A stretch of DNA of 64,000 nucleotides. Origin: Felis catus (taxonomy: Eukaryota). The notes under the pieces were generated by a model. That model did no database searches. It saw only the letters and a list, made by a program, of their open reading frames with translations, and was not told the origin of the DNA. The DNA is taken from assembly GCF_018350175.1 (NCBI RefSeq), contig NC_058369.1:19904001-19968000 (forward strand), in the 5' to 3' direction. Within the stretch, counting starts at the first letter, position 1. Every line of letters begins with the position of its first letter. Shown piece after piece: positions 25,424 through 37,963 of the stretch. Both the position numbers and the translations under genes were made by a program.

Positions 25424-26017
25424 AATATCCACAATTTCTTTATCCATTTATCAGTTGATGGTCATTTAGGCTCTTTCCATAATTTGGCTATTGTTGAAAG
25501 TGCTGCTATAAACATTGTGGTCCAAGTGCCCCAATGCGTCAGCACTCCTGTATCCCTTGGGTAAATTCCTAGCAGTGCTGTTGCTGGGTCATTGGGTAGA
25601 TGTATTTTTAATTTTTTGAGAAACCTCCGCACTGTTTTCCAGAGCAACTGCACCAGTTTGCATTCCCACCAACAGTGCAAGAGGGTTCCCGTTTCTCCAC
25701 GTCCTCTCCAGCATCTATAGTCTCCTGATTTGTTCATTTTGGCCACTCTGACTGGTGTGAGGTGGTATCTGTCACGCTCTTTATTTCTTAATCATTCTTT
25801 TTCTCTGTAGCATTTATCACCTCTAAGATAATATATATTCTACTTATGTAATATATTTTCTTCTCTTTCTACTCTAATGGAAGCTTCGTGAGAGGAATTT
25901 TTTTTAAAGAATTATGTTTTGTGCATTGCTATAACCCCAGTATCTAAAACATGGCACATTGTGAGTCCTCAGTAAATATTTTATGAGTTAATGAATGCCT
26001 TCGTTGTCAGAATTTCT

Positions 26018-26050
26018 TTTTTTATATATAACTTTTTAAATGTTTATTAT

Positions 26051-26100
<50 letters not shown>

Positions 26101-26266
26101 ATGAGTGGAGGAGAGGCAGAGAAAGAGGGAGACATAGAATCTGATGCAGCCTCCAGGCTCTGAGCTGTCAACACAGAGCCTGATGTGAGGCTCAAACCCA
26201 CAGATCTGGAGATCATGACCTGAGCTGAAGTCAGATCCTTAACCAACTGAGCTACCCAGGTGTCTC
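26018..26266 (-). mobile_element. Can-SINE with expanded (GA)n
   Basis: TSD ttgtcagaatttct at 26004-26017 and 26269-26282. Confidence 0.92.
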
Positions 26267-26780
26267 TATTGTCAGAATTTCTGAGAGAAGCATGTATTTT
26301 GAATATGTTAAGTAAATCATATAAAATTGCTGGTATTTGATCAATTTGGATATAATAAAATGGCACTTTCATATTCAGCCTAATAAAATAGCTGATATTT
26401 TTGGCTATCCACTTGAATATTACTAAGAATTTTTTGTAAGATATTTATGTAGTTTATTTATTGTCAATAACAGAATTACATGATGATACTATGTAGAGGC
26501 ACTCTTGATATGAATATGATTTTGAGATTTTAAGATCTCTATTAATAGAATTCTTCATTATTTATGCCTTTTTTTGTTACTTAAATTTTTTTTCTCATCT
26601 CTTCCACCAGTAACATAAGGAATATATTGAAATTGTAATAGTTGCATTCTACCTTTCAACTGCCATTGCTTAGAGACACTGTTGCTAACTGAATCTCAGC
26701 GGTATTTCTGACTGATAAATAGTAGACTGGGTCATAATTGCCTTGTCAATACTTGCTGAAGAATGGACACCCAGGAAGTA

Positions 26781-27134
26781 CACTTGACCCTTGAGCAATG
26801 TAGGGGCTGGGGGTGTTGACCCCTTGCACAGTGGAAAATCCGTGTATATGAACTTTTGACTCTCTAAAAACTTTACTACTAACAAAGTAGTATTCCTTTA
26901 TTATTGTTGTTGACTGGAAGCCTTACCAGTAACATAAACAGTTGATTAACTCATATTTTGTATGTTATATGTGTTATGTACTGTTTTCTAACAATAAAGT
27001 AAACCAGAGAAAAAATATTACTAAGAAAATTATAAGAGAAAATACATTTACTGTACTGTATTTATTGGGGGAAAAATCTGTGTATAAATGGACCCATGCA
27101 GTTCAAGTCCATGTTGTTGTCCAAGGGTCAGCTA
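26781..27134. mobile_element. Tigger2-like non-autonomous DNA transposon (Tc1/mariner-pogo)
   Basis: Degenerate TIRs cacttgacccttgagcaa / ttgtccaagggtcagcta, preceded by TA. Internal gtggaaaatccgtgtata...acttttgactc. Confidence 0.78.
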
Positions 27135-27789
27135 CAGTTGTAGAGTACACTGAGTCTAACAGAAGGCAAAGCTGTCCTCTCCGGTCAGTATTGAGGAAGG
27201 GGGCCTGCAGGGTGCTCTTTTTGAGAGGCTTCTGTGATGACAGGCCCAGAGCACTCAAAAAGATGGCTCCTTGCACTTCCGCTGCCATCATCAAAAAGAC
27301 AAACCAGCTGTCTCTGTGGAACCCAGTCCAGGACCTGCAGTCTTGCTCTACATTTCAGTTTCTTACTTTCAGTATTTTCAAAAGGAAAAAAAAAGAAGCC
27401 CATGTTCTGACGGGATTTTTACACTGTCTTTAGAGGACAATCTAGGAGAAGAAATATTGGAATTGTAAGAGCATTTTGTTGCAAAAATAGTTCTGATTGG
27501 GGATCCTGCAGAAAGTGTAGCTGATTTGATAGCCTTATCTATGTCTCACATTCTTCAGTATGTCATCTACTCATTGTATATGCATTTTGCTGACTGAAGT
27601 GTAAAAATATGAAGAATTAAGAGTACTGAATATTCTGTATCTGGATATGTAAAACATAATCATGTGAAAGTCTTACTTCATGGATTAACTCTTTTTCTGC
27701 CTTCCTCCCTTAAATGTCTTTAGCCATGTTTTCTTGTCCATCTGTATAATCCCTTTGGGTGTTCTGATACATACCCATTGCATCCACAA

Positions 27790-28785
27790 ACTGTAAATCT
27801 CTTTAGCTCCATCGTAGACTTCTGCCATGAATTTGACTCCTATAGCCAACTATTCACTGAACTTCCCTACTAAATCCCATAGATATTTCAACTCAACATA
27901 TTTAAAAATGCTCCTCCAGTACTTCCCAGTACAGTCCCCTTAAGCAACTCATGAAGAAACCTGGGAGTCATCATAGGCTCCTCCTTTTTCTTCACCCCTT
28001 TGAATGATCCAAGTTTTATCAATTCTGGTTCCTAAATACTTCCTAAATCTATCACCTCACCAGCTATACCTCCACAGACCTTCATCACTTCTTACCTGGA
28101 CTTCCTACCTGGTTTTGCTGTTCAGACTCATTCTCTCTTGCATTCTGCACCTTCATCAGCAGTGTATCCAATATTATTCACACTTCTTCCAGAATCACTT
28201 CCTAAATTGTAAGTATGACCATATTCTCCCTCCCTTTCTCCCTTCCTCCCTTTCTTCCCTTCTTTCTTTCTTTCCATCCATCCATCCATCCATCATATTA
28301 TTTCTGGTTAAATGCCTCCATTGACTTACTGTCATGTACAGTAATAAATGATACAGAATGCAACCAGAATACAACCCAGGCTCTTTAACACGGTATACAA
28401 AGCTTTTTGTGATTTAGCTCTACTTCCCTCTCTAGCTTAATCTCTTCCTATTTTCCCTGCTAATGTTCCTAGAAGGTTCTAGTTCTTCCACACCTCTAGT
28501 ATCTTCTTCATTCAGTTAATCCCTGCTCCAGCATACCCACTTTTGAGAAGCTTTCCCAGGGTTCAGTGCCCAGCTCCTAAGGCTGCCTCTCTGTAGTATC
28601 AGTTAATTTGAGTATATCCTAACTGCTTGTTCATTTGTCTGACCTTTTCACCAACCCTTCTGGACTTTGAGCTTCTTAAAGTCAAGGACTGTTTTGTTTT
28701 GTTTTGTTTTTCATCTCTATCTACAGTGTTTACCATGGGGTTTGGCACATTGTAGGGGCTTGGTAAATGTTTGACTTAATGGATG
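27790..28785 (+). mobile_element. L2 relics
   Basis: tttcaactcaacatatttaaaa; gaaacctgggagtcatc; 3' end ttggcacattgtaggggcttggtaaatgtttg. Confidence 0.6.
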
Positions 28786-28914
28786 GGCATAATGATATCA
28801 TGAAAGAGTAATTGATAAAGTCACATGAGCTGTCTGCTGAACAGTTTCCTTACCACTACTTGAAGGTGATAGTATTGCCTCACAGTGCTGCTGTAATAAT
28901 TCTGTGCACTAGGA

Positions 28915-29110
28915 AACTCACTTGAGCTCTGGGTCTTCCCCCTGCTGCATCTAAGCAGTGACCTTGGGTGAGTCATTTAACCTTTCCAGACTTTGAATTC
29001 TTCATCTGTCAAGTGGAGGAGAGTACAATATCTGCCTTCCAGGTTTGTGGTGAAGATTACAAGAGATTTGTTTTGCAAGAACTTAGCAATGTCTGAAATG
29101 TAATAGGAAT
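28915..29110 (+). mobile_element. MIR SINE relic
   Basis: Core gtgaccttgggtgagtcatttaacct...ttcttcatctgtcaagtggag. Confidence 0.7.
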
Positions 29111-30555
29111 ATATATGTTTTCCTTTTTTCCTTACTTCATGTTCCCTATTATTTAATTGCTAATTTCTTTCTGTATTTCAGCATTTGTTCTTGGGAATGC
29201 CAAAATCTTTGTGTCATTTTCAGTCCATGCAAGTACTTAAACTATAGATTCTTTTTAGGAAAGGCATCTCTCCTTTATCTCCAGCTTTTATAGTCCCTCT
29301 TGAAATCTTTTTTTCTGCAAGGAAATATTTTACCTTCTCCCCATAAAGCTCATGATTCTTATATACCACTTTGTACCATAGTTATTTCTCTGGACTTACA
29401 GTGTTTGTGTGCTTTTAAAGGCTGGGCCCATTTCCAGACTTACATTCTCCAAATTTAAAAATTTGCATTTACTCTTTTCAGTCATACATTACTTTCATCT
29501 AAGCCGTATATGGATAAATTCTAGGATTAGACACACAGTAGAGAGAATTGTTAGTTTTTTAAAAAACATTATTTATTTAAATTCATCTTAGTTAACATAC
29601 ACTCCAGGATTGGTTTCAGGAGTAGAACCCAGTGATTCATCACTTACATATAACACCCAGTGCTCTTCCCAACAAGTGCCCTCCTTAGTGCCCATCACCC
29701 ATTTAGCCCATCCCCCTACTTACCTCCCCTCCAGCAACCCTCAGTTTGTTTTCTGTCTTTAAGAGTCTCTTATGGTTTGCCTTCTTCTCTGTTTTTATAT
29801 TATTTTTCCTTCTTTTTACCTGTGTTCACCTGTTGTGTTTCCTAAATTCCACATATGAGTGGAATCATATGATATTTATCTTTCTGTGCCTTATTTTGCT
29901 TAGCATAATATACTCTAGTTACATTCACATTGTTGCAGGACTTCATTCTTCATTATTCCTTCATTCCTCATTATTTTAATGAGGTCCCAGTAATTCATTT
30001 TTGCTTCTTTTTCCCTTGTCTCTGAAAACATGTTAAGTAAGAAGTTGCTGTGGCCAAGGTTAAAGAGGTTGCTACCTATGTTATCTTGTAGGATTCACAT
30101 GGTTTCCTGTCTCATGTTTAGGTTTTCCATCCATTTTGAATTTACTTTGTGTATGGTGTAAGACAGTGGTCCAGTTTCATTCTTCTGCATGTCAATGTCC
30201 AGTTTTCTCAACACCACTTGCTGAAGAGACTTTCTTACATTGGATGTTCATTCCTGCTTTGTCAAAGATTAGTTGGCCATATATTTGTTCATCCATTTCT
30301 GGGTTCTCTGTCCTGTTCCATTTTTCTGTGTGTCTCTTTTTGTGTCAGTACCATACTGTCTTGATGATTACAGACCAATATCCCTGATGAACATGGATGC
30401 AAAAATTCTCAACAAGATCCTAGCAAATCAAATCCAACAGTACATTAAAAGAACTATTCACCATGATCAGGTGGGATTTATTCCTGGGCACAGGGCTGAT
30501 TCAGTATTCACAAATCAATTAATGTGATATATCACATTAAAAGGAAAGGAAAAGA

Positions 30556-30740
30556 GGGGCACGTGGGTGGCTCAGTCAGTTAAGTGTCTGATTTTGGCTC
30601 AGGTCATGATCTCATGGTTTGTGAGTTTAAGCCCCACATCGGGCTCTGTGCTGACAGCTCAGAACCTGGAGCCTGCTTCAGATTCTGTGTCTCCCTCTCT
30701 CTCTTCTCTGCCCCTACCTTACTTGCTCTCTGTCTCTCTG

Positions 30741-30783
<43 letters not shown>

Positions 30784-30798
30784 AATGAATAAACATTA
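30556..30798 (+). mobile_element. Can-SINE
   Basis: ggggcacgtgggtggctcagtcagttaag..., CT tract, A tail. Confidence 0.92.
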
Positions 30799-30813
30799 AA
30801 AAGAAATTTTAAA

Positions 30814-31026
30814 GGGGGTGTCTCGGTGGCTCAGTTGGTTGGGCGTCCTACTTCATCTCAGGTCATGATCTCACAGTTTGTGGGTTCAATCCCTGTGTCA
30901 GGCTCTGTGCTGACAGCTCAGAGCTTGGAGCCTGTTTTGGATTCTGTGTCTCCCTGTCTGTCTGCCCCTCCCCTGCTTACACTCTGTCTCTGTCTCAAAA
31001 ATAAATAAACATCAAAAAAATTAAAG
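30814..31026 (+). mobile_element. Can-SINE inserted into the tail of the preceding SINE
   Basis: TSD aaaagaaattttaaagg at 30799-30815 and 31027-31043. Confidence 0.9.
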
Positions 31027-32902
31027 AAAAGAAATTTTAAAGGCAAGTATAAGAAACACATGATCCTCTCAATTGATGCAGAAAAAGCATTTGACAAAAT
31101 ACAGCATCCTTTCTTGATAAAAACTCTAAGAAAACAGGGATAGAAGGAACATATCTCAACATCATAAAGGCCATATATGAAAGACCCACAGCTAATATCA
31201 TCCTCAGTAGGGAAAAACTGAGAGCTTTCCCTCTAAGGTCGGAAACACGACAGGGATGTCCATTCTCAGCACTGTTGTTCAACATAGTACTAGAAGTCCT
31301 CGCCTCAGCAATCAGACGACAAAAAGAAAGAAAGGACATGCAAATTGGCAAAGAAGTCAAACTTTCACTCTTTGCCGATGACATGATACTCTACCTGGAA
31401 AGTCTGAAGGACTCCACCAGAAAAAACTGCTGGAACTGATACGTGAATTCAGCAAAGTTGCAGGGTATAAAATCAACATACAGGAATCGGTTGCATTTCT
31501 GTATACAAATAATGAAGTAGCAGAAAGTGAAGTCAAGGAATGGATCCCATTTACAATGGCACCAAAGCCCATACGATATCTAGGAATAAACTAACCAAAG
31601 AGATAAAAGATCTGTATGCTGAAAACTATTGAAAAGCTTATGAAAAATTGAAGAAGACTCAAAGAAATGGGAAAAATTCCATGCTCATGGATTGGAAGAA
31701 TAAATATTGTTAAAATATTGATACTACCCAAAACAATCTACACATTCAATGCAATCCTTACGAAAATAACACCAGCATTCTTCACAGAGCTAGAACAAAC
31801 AATTTTAAAATTTGTTTGAAACCACAAAAGACCCCGAATAGCCAAAGGAATGTTGAAAAAGAAAACCAAAGCTGGAAGCATCAAAATTCCAGACTTTAAG
31901 CTGTGTTACAAAGGAAATTGTTAGTTTTTTCAACCTGGTCTTCTGCACTGTGTTCTCTGTCACCTGACACTGTCCTCTTACTGAGCAGAGGACATGCGAC
32001 ATATGTAATTCAGCAATCGATTGACTCTTTTAGGGCATTTGTTTCCTTAACAGTCACACCAACCACTTTCTGACTTTTCCACCAAACTGCTGCTGCTCAG
32101 AAGTGAACTTCAAGTTGTCTCCTTGGGAAGAGTGATAAGAGACTCTAACCTGCATCATGTATTTATCAGTCGTGTCATCTAAAAAGAAATTATTTTGTAA
32201 CTTTATTACTTTGAGAGATTTGATGATCTATGAATTCAGAAAAATTTTGAAGATGGAGGTATAAATAAGAGAGACAGTAGTCCCTTCTCATGAATATCTT
32301 AAATATCCCAAGAAATGACAGTACTTTAATCTCCCAGTTACCTCTGTTATCCAAGAGTGTCAAAGAAATATAAATAGAATAGAGCCTATAAGAAAGCCTG
32401 GATAATGATGATTTGGAATTAAGTTGGGTGGACTGTGAGTTCATAGGTCAATTAACACCTGTTTTTCAGGATTATATAGTACATTTCCATGAAAGTATTA
32501 AAGGCTTTTGCAAAATATACATACATTGCAATGTAGTTATTGCTAGATGGAATGGAATTGCTGGCTTATTACCTATTACCTAATTAGACAAATGTCCAAC
32601 TTTAATAGATACTTCCAAACAGCTTTCTAAATAATTATAGCAATTTACTTTCCTAGCAACAATTTATAACCATTCTGTATCCTTTTTTTTCCATCAGAAT
32701 TCTTAGCTTTGTCTGTCTCTTTAATTTTAGCAATTCTGTTGAGCATGTATCGGTATTTCATTTGATTTTAATTTGTTTTTTTTCCTACTGAAGTTCAGCA
32801 TCTCTTCATAAGATAACTAACTTGACCATTTGGGTATCAGCGTTGTAAAGTTACTGGTTTGGTTTTTTTTTTTGTTTTGTTTTTTTGTTTTTTTTTTCCC
32901 CT

Positions 32903-33236
32903 GGGACCTGGGTGGCTCAGCCTATTAAGCATCCAACTCTTAATCTCAGCTCAGGTCTTTTAAAATTATTATTATTTGAGAGAGAGTGAGTGCAAGAGTG
33001 CGGTGAGAGGGTCAGGGGGGGTGGAGAGAGAGAGAGGGAGAGGGAAAGTGAGTGAGTCTTAAGCAGGCTCCACACACAATGCGGAACTTGACGTGGGACT
33101 CATGACCTGAGCCAAAATCAAGAGTCAGATGCTCAACTGACTGAGCCACCCGGGCTTCCCTCAGCTTAGTCTTGATATCAGAGTCATGAGTTCAAGTCCC
33201 CTGTTTCCATGCTAGACATGAAGCCTACTTAAAAAA
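32903..33236. mobile_element. Plus-strand short Can-SINE split by a minus-strand Can-SINE (about 32959-33160)
   Basis: Duplicated ctcagctcaggtctt / ctcagcttagtctt flanks the inner SINE. The outer SINE resumes with atgagttcaagtcccc. Confidence 0.8.
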
Positions 33237-33899
33237 ATTTCAGCTAAATTAAAAATGTTTTTATTGGTTTGTAGACATTTTATTTATCCTGCATAGGAGT
33301 CCTTTGTCATACACCTTGTTAGAAATATTTTACCCTACTACACTGCCACCTGTATGTTTAATCTCTCAGTGGTATCTTTTAGTGAACTGAAATTCTTCAC
33401 TTCAGCATAGTCTTATTTATCAGTTTTTTCCTTTATACTTAGCACTTTTTGTGTCCTGTTTAACAAATTGTTGTCTAACAGAAATTTATGTCTATGTTAT
33501 AATCTAGAGGCTTTATTGTTTAGTTCTCACATTTAAATGTAAGATACATCTCCAATTGAATTTTGGTCACGGACATATGGGGTCAGTTGGCCAGTTAACC
33601 TAGCACTGCATATCAAAAAGAAAATATTTTTTTTCTCACTATACTGCAGTGTTACCTTGGTCCCAAGTCTAATGAGCATATATGTTTGAGTCTGTTTACA
33701 GATTCTATTTTATCCTATTGGTTTATTTTTTTATTCTTGTGCCAGTACAACATGTCATAATTAATGTGGACTTACAAGTCTCAATATCTGCTAGTATAAA
33801 TTCTCCAGAGTCTTTAAGATATAAGGAAAATTTGAAAGATTTTCTTGGCTATTGGTGGCCCTTGATATTTGTACCTAAGTTTTAAAATGTGCATTTCTT

Positions 33900-34092
33900 G
33901 GGGCACCTGGGTGGCTCAGTCAGTTGAATGTCCAGCCCTTGATTTCAGCTCAGGTCATGATCTCACAGTTCATGGGATTGAGCCCTGTGTCAGGCTCTGT
34001 GCTGACAACATTGAGCCTGCTTGAGGTTTTCTCTCTCTCCTCTTGCTGCCCTCCCCCCGCCTCAAAATAAATAAACATTTTAAAAAATAATA
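33900..34092 (+). mobile_element. Can-SINE
   Basis: ggggcacctgggtggctcagtc start. TSD aaaatgtgcatttctt / aaaatgaacatttctt. Confidence 0.9.
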
Positions 34093-35485
34093 AAATGAAC
34101 ATTTCTTAAATTAAAAAAATTGAAATTTACTCTTTTCCCCCTCATTAAATCCCTTCTGGAATTTTGATTGGGATTGTATTTGAACCTATAGATCATCTCT
34201 GGAAGAATTGACATTTTAACAATATTAGGTTTTCCAATCCGTGAACATGGTCTGTACCTCCTTCATTTATATAAATCTTTAATTTTTCTCAGCAGTGTTT
34301 TGTACTTTTCACTTTAGTGGTCTTGATTGTATTTCATTAGCTTTATTCTTAGAAATATGTGTTTATATTGTTGCTATTATAAGTTGAAAAAATTTAGCTA
34401 TTTATTTTCCAGTTGTTTGTTAAACTCCCTGTGTTTATGGTAGATTCACTTTGTATTTAGTGACCTCATTGAAGTTATTACTTGTAATGGTTTACTTATA
34501 GATTCTTCTGGAAGTTCTGTGCATATATAATAAATCATGTTATTCATGGAAGATAACAATACAAAACATTTTCTCTTCATGTTAATTTTAGTAATGTACT
34601 TAAGTAATGTATTCATACAGATTGGAGTTCTTAGCACCTAGTTGAATCTATGGCTTGATGTTTTTCACTGGCTTTGAAAAATTCTAAGTTCAAATATTGC
34701 TTCTGTTCCATACTTGTTCTTGCCCTCTTGGACCCCAGTAACATATGCTCTAGATATATGCACCATCTAGTTATGTGTGTGCTACTAACATACATGGTAG
34801 CAATATGTATTTTATGTGTATGAAAGACACACTGCATCTGTATTGTGTCTCTTACGTTTATTTTTCATTCTCTCCATGCTAAGCTCAGATATTTTCTACT
34901 GATATATCTTCTAAACTAACTAATGATTTCTTTTGCTTTACTTTTTGAGTTCTTAAGAACTTCACCTATTACAGTTTTCAGTTTTAGAATTTTCTACTTG
35001 ATTTTTATGGATTCCAGTTGTGTGGTGAAATTCTGTATTTTCTCACCTGTTTTATTGAATATATCAATTATAGTTAGCATAAGGTTATGTCTCATAATTC
35101 CAATATCAGGCATGGATCTCTTTCTTTTGATTGTTTTTCCTTTGGTCATGTTTCTTAGTAAGTCTGATAACTTTTTATTGAATGCTAGATACTGTATATA
35201 AAAAAATATAGAGGCTTTCTCCTCTTCTCCAAGAGAAGATTTATCTTATCCCTACCAGGAAGTTCCAGTAGGGTCAGATTATCTGATGAGGCTGTATTAT
35301 ATATAGTCTTGGTAAGGTGTGGTCTACCTCTGATTCACATGTATTTTTTAGGATATTTCCTCTAGTGGTTCCAGTTGAGAGACTAGATTGCTTGGTATGT
35401 TCTCTCCTTCTTGTCAAGTCCTCAATCCAGTTTTTGTCTATAAAACTCTGCTAAACTTGTACTTTTAGCTTGCTTTCTGTTAGTC

Positions 35486-35592
35486 TTTTTTTTTAAGTTT
35501 ATTTATTTATTTTGAACTCAGGAATCACAAGATCATGACCCAAGCTGAAATCAAGAGCTAGATGCTTAACTGACTGAGCCACCCAGGTGCCC
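35486..35592 (-). mobile_element. Internally deleted Can-SINE
   Basis: Ends ...ctgactgagccacccaggtgccc. Flanked by tgttagt repeats. Confidence 0.75.
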
Positions 35593-35644
35593 TGTTAGTT
35601 TTTTTAACACTGAGGAATAAGCATTTTAAGAATAAGCAAATTGA

Positions 35645-35830
35645 CTGGCTCAGGTGGTCAAGTATCTGATTTCAGCTCAAGTCATGATCTTGTGGTTTAT
35701 GAGTATAGGCCCCGTATCAGGCTCACTGCTATGAGCACAGAGTCTGCTTCAGATCCTCTGTCTCCCTCTCTCTGCCCCTACCCTGCTAGTGCTCTCTCAA
35801 AAAAAATTTTTAAATGAAATAAATAAAAAT
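35645..35830 (+). mobile_element. Can-SINE
   Basis: ggctcaggtggtc...gtcatgatcttgtggtttatgag...ctctgcccct, then A tail. Confidence 0.8.
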
Positions 35831-35839
35831 ACATTTAAA

Positions 35840-37575
35840 AGAACACAGCCAGAGGTATCATGCTTTTAGACTTAAAACTACACTACAAAGCCATAGTAAC
35901 AAAAATAGCATGATACTGGAACAAAAATAGTTAATGGAACAGAATAGAGAGCCCAGAATTAAGTCTTGGCATATACAGTTAATAATACCTAACAACAGAG
36001 CCAAGAACACTCAATGGGGAAGGATATTCTTTTCAACAAATGGTACTGAAAACTAGAAACAAACGTAAAAAAATAATGAAATTGGACCCCTGTATTGCAC
36101 TACTTACAAAAATTAACTTGAAATGAATCAAATATTTAACCATAAAACCTGACACCATTAAACTTCTGGAAGAAATTTTAAGGATGAAGTTCATTGATTT
36201 TGGTCTTGGCAGTAATTTTTTGGGCATGACCCCAAAAGCACAAACAATAAATCAACAAATGGGACTACATCAAACTCAAAAGCTTCTTTGCAGTGGAAGA
36301 AACAATTGATAAAATGAAAAGACAACCAACAGAATGGGAGAAAATATTTACAAACCATGTATCAGTTAAGGGGTTACTATCCAATATATATGAAGAACTC
36401 AATGAACTCAATAACAGTAAAACAATCAATCTATTTTAAAAATGGGCAGAAGAACTAAATAGACATTTCTCCAAAGAGGATATCAAAATGACCAATGGAT
36501 ACATGAAAAGATGCTCAACATCACTAATCATCAGGGAAATGCAAATCAAAACCACAAAGAGCTATTACCTTATAACTGTTAAAGTGTTATCAAGAAGACA
36601 AAAGACAACAGGTGCTAGTGAAGATGTGGTGAAAAGGGAACTCTAACTCCTTGTTGGTGGGAATATAAATTGGTCCAACCACTATGAAAAACAATATTAA
36701 GCTTTTTCAAAAAATTAAACATAGATCTGTCATACTGCCCAGCAGTTGCACTTCTAGGGTATATACCCAAAGAAAATAAAAACAGGATTTCAGTGACATC
36801 TGTGAACTCCCATGTTTATTGCAGCATTATTCACAAGTAGCCAAGATGCAGCCCCAAAGTCCATCAACAGATAAATAGTTAAAAAATAATTGGGGGCATA
36901 CACACAATGGAATATTATTCAGTCACGAGAAAGGAAGATTTCCTCTTATTTGTGACATCATGGATGCACTTTGAGCACAATATGCTAAGCAGGGTAAGTC
37001 AGACAGAAATATAAATACCATACTATATCATTTATATGTGGAATATAAGAATTAAACCTGTAAAAAAAAAAAAGTAAAATGGTGGTTACCAGGGGATGAA
37101 GGGCAGGGGTCAGATGAGATCTTGCCATTTGCAATAATATGAATAGACCTAGAGAATATTATGCTACGTGAAATAAGTCAAACTGAAAAAGACAAATACC
37201 ACACGATTTAACTCTTATGTGGAATCTAGAAAGCAAAACAAGTGAATCAACAAACAAAAAGCTGAATCAGACCTGTTAATACAGAGAACAAACTGATGGC
37301 TACCAGAAGAAAGAGGGTTAGGGGGATGGGCAAAATGAGTAAAGAGAGTGGGAGATAGAGGCTTCCAGTCATAGAATGATTAAGTCACAGGAATAACAGA
37401 CACAGCATAAGAAATACAGGCAATGATATTGCAATAGCATTGTATGGTGACAGATGGTAGCTACACTTATGGTGAGCCTAACATAACATATAGAGAAGTT
37501 GAATCACTATGTTGTACGCCTGAAACTAGTGTAACGTTGTGTGTCAACTATACTCAAATAAAAAATTTTTTCAAG
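35840..37575 (+). mobile_element. Old L1 3' portion(s), with a second L1 3' end nested from about 37113
   Basis: Decayed ORF2 C-terminal region (atgaaaagatgctcaacatcactaatcatcagggaaatgcaaatcaaaaccac). The ORF2-end motif occurs twice (about 36930-37040 and 37115-37230). Confidence 0.82.
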
Positions 37576-37963
37576 TAAAAAATTTTAAATATATTAGGCA
37601 GCCTGTGTATTAGTCTTTTCATGGAATAAATGTTGTATGAGAAAATTTAAAAACATCCCTAGAATGCTAGCTTGTAAAAGATTTACGGAGTAGCATCATA
37701 CATATAGACCATTAATAAAGTTTTGTTTTCTCTTTTTGTTTCATTCCCTTAATCATTTACCAAAAGAACTGTTTTATACCTTACAAAGTAGTGGTAAGCA
37801 AAAAGTGACAAAAGTCCCAGCTCTTAGAAACATGTTGGTAAAGAAATCTGGTTTTCTTTCTTGAAGACAACTTACAGAAAAGGAATGATTCCCCAAGTTG
37901 TTGCAGCTTATTTTAGCAGCATCAGATGAATCTGTCATACAGGGGTTAAGTTAAATCATTGTC

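Larger units (their letters stand above)
19497..25428 (-). mobile_element. Full-length young felid LINE-1, nearly intact
   Basis: 5' ggagaagatggtggcgtagg, 5'UTR, intact ORF1, long ORF2, 3'UTR and A tail. 13-bp TSD ccacaatttcttt at 19484-19496 and 25429-25441. Confidence 0.97.
19102..25771 (-). mobile_element. Truncated L1 (about 0.75 kb) split by the full-length L1: halves 19102-19496 and 25429-25771
   Basis: The halves are colinear across the TSD. ORF2 remnant at 25462-25746. Degenerate outer TSD tcacactccttctttctt / tcacgctctttatttctt. Confidence 0.85.
29561..31915 (-). mobile_element. 5'-inverted (twin-primed) L1: 3' part 29561-30373 (-), inverted part 30371-31913 (+)
   Basis: 15-bp TSD aattgttagtttttt at 29546-29560 and 31916-31930. 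The two parts are contiguous in L1 coordinates. Confidence 0.9.
32520..35200 (-). mobile_element. Ancient highly decayed L1 (ORF2 3' half and other fragments)
   Basis: Antisense L1 motifs (ttttaattttagcaattctg; ggaattttgattgggattgtattt; tttccaatccgtgaacatgg). Boundaries uncertain. Confidence 0.6.

Noticed and set aside
27185..27295. Possible C/D box snoRNA (tgatga and ctga motifs)
   Set aside because: No terminal stem or convincing box spacing on either strand.
26942..27433. 163-aa ORF
   Set aside because: It starts at a non-ATG codon inside a Tigger relic, crosses the repeat boundary and has no recognisable domain.
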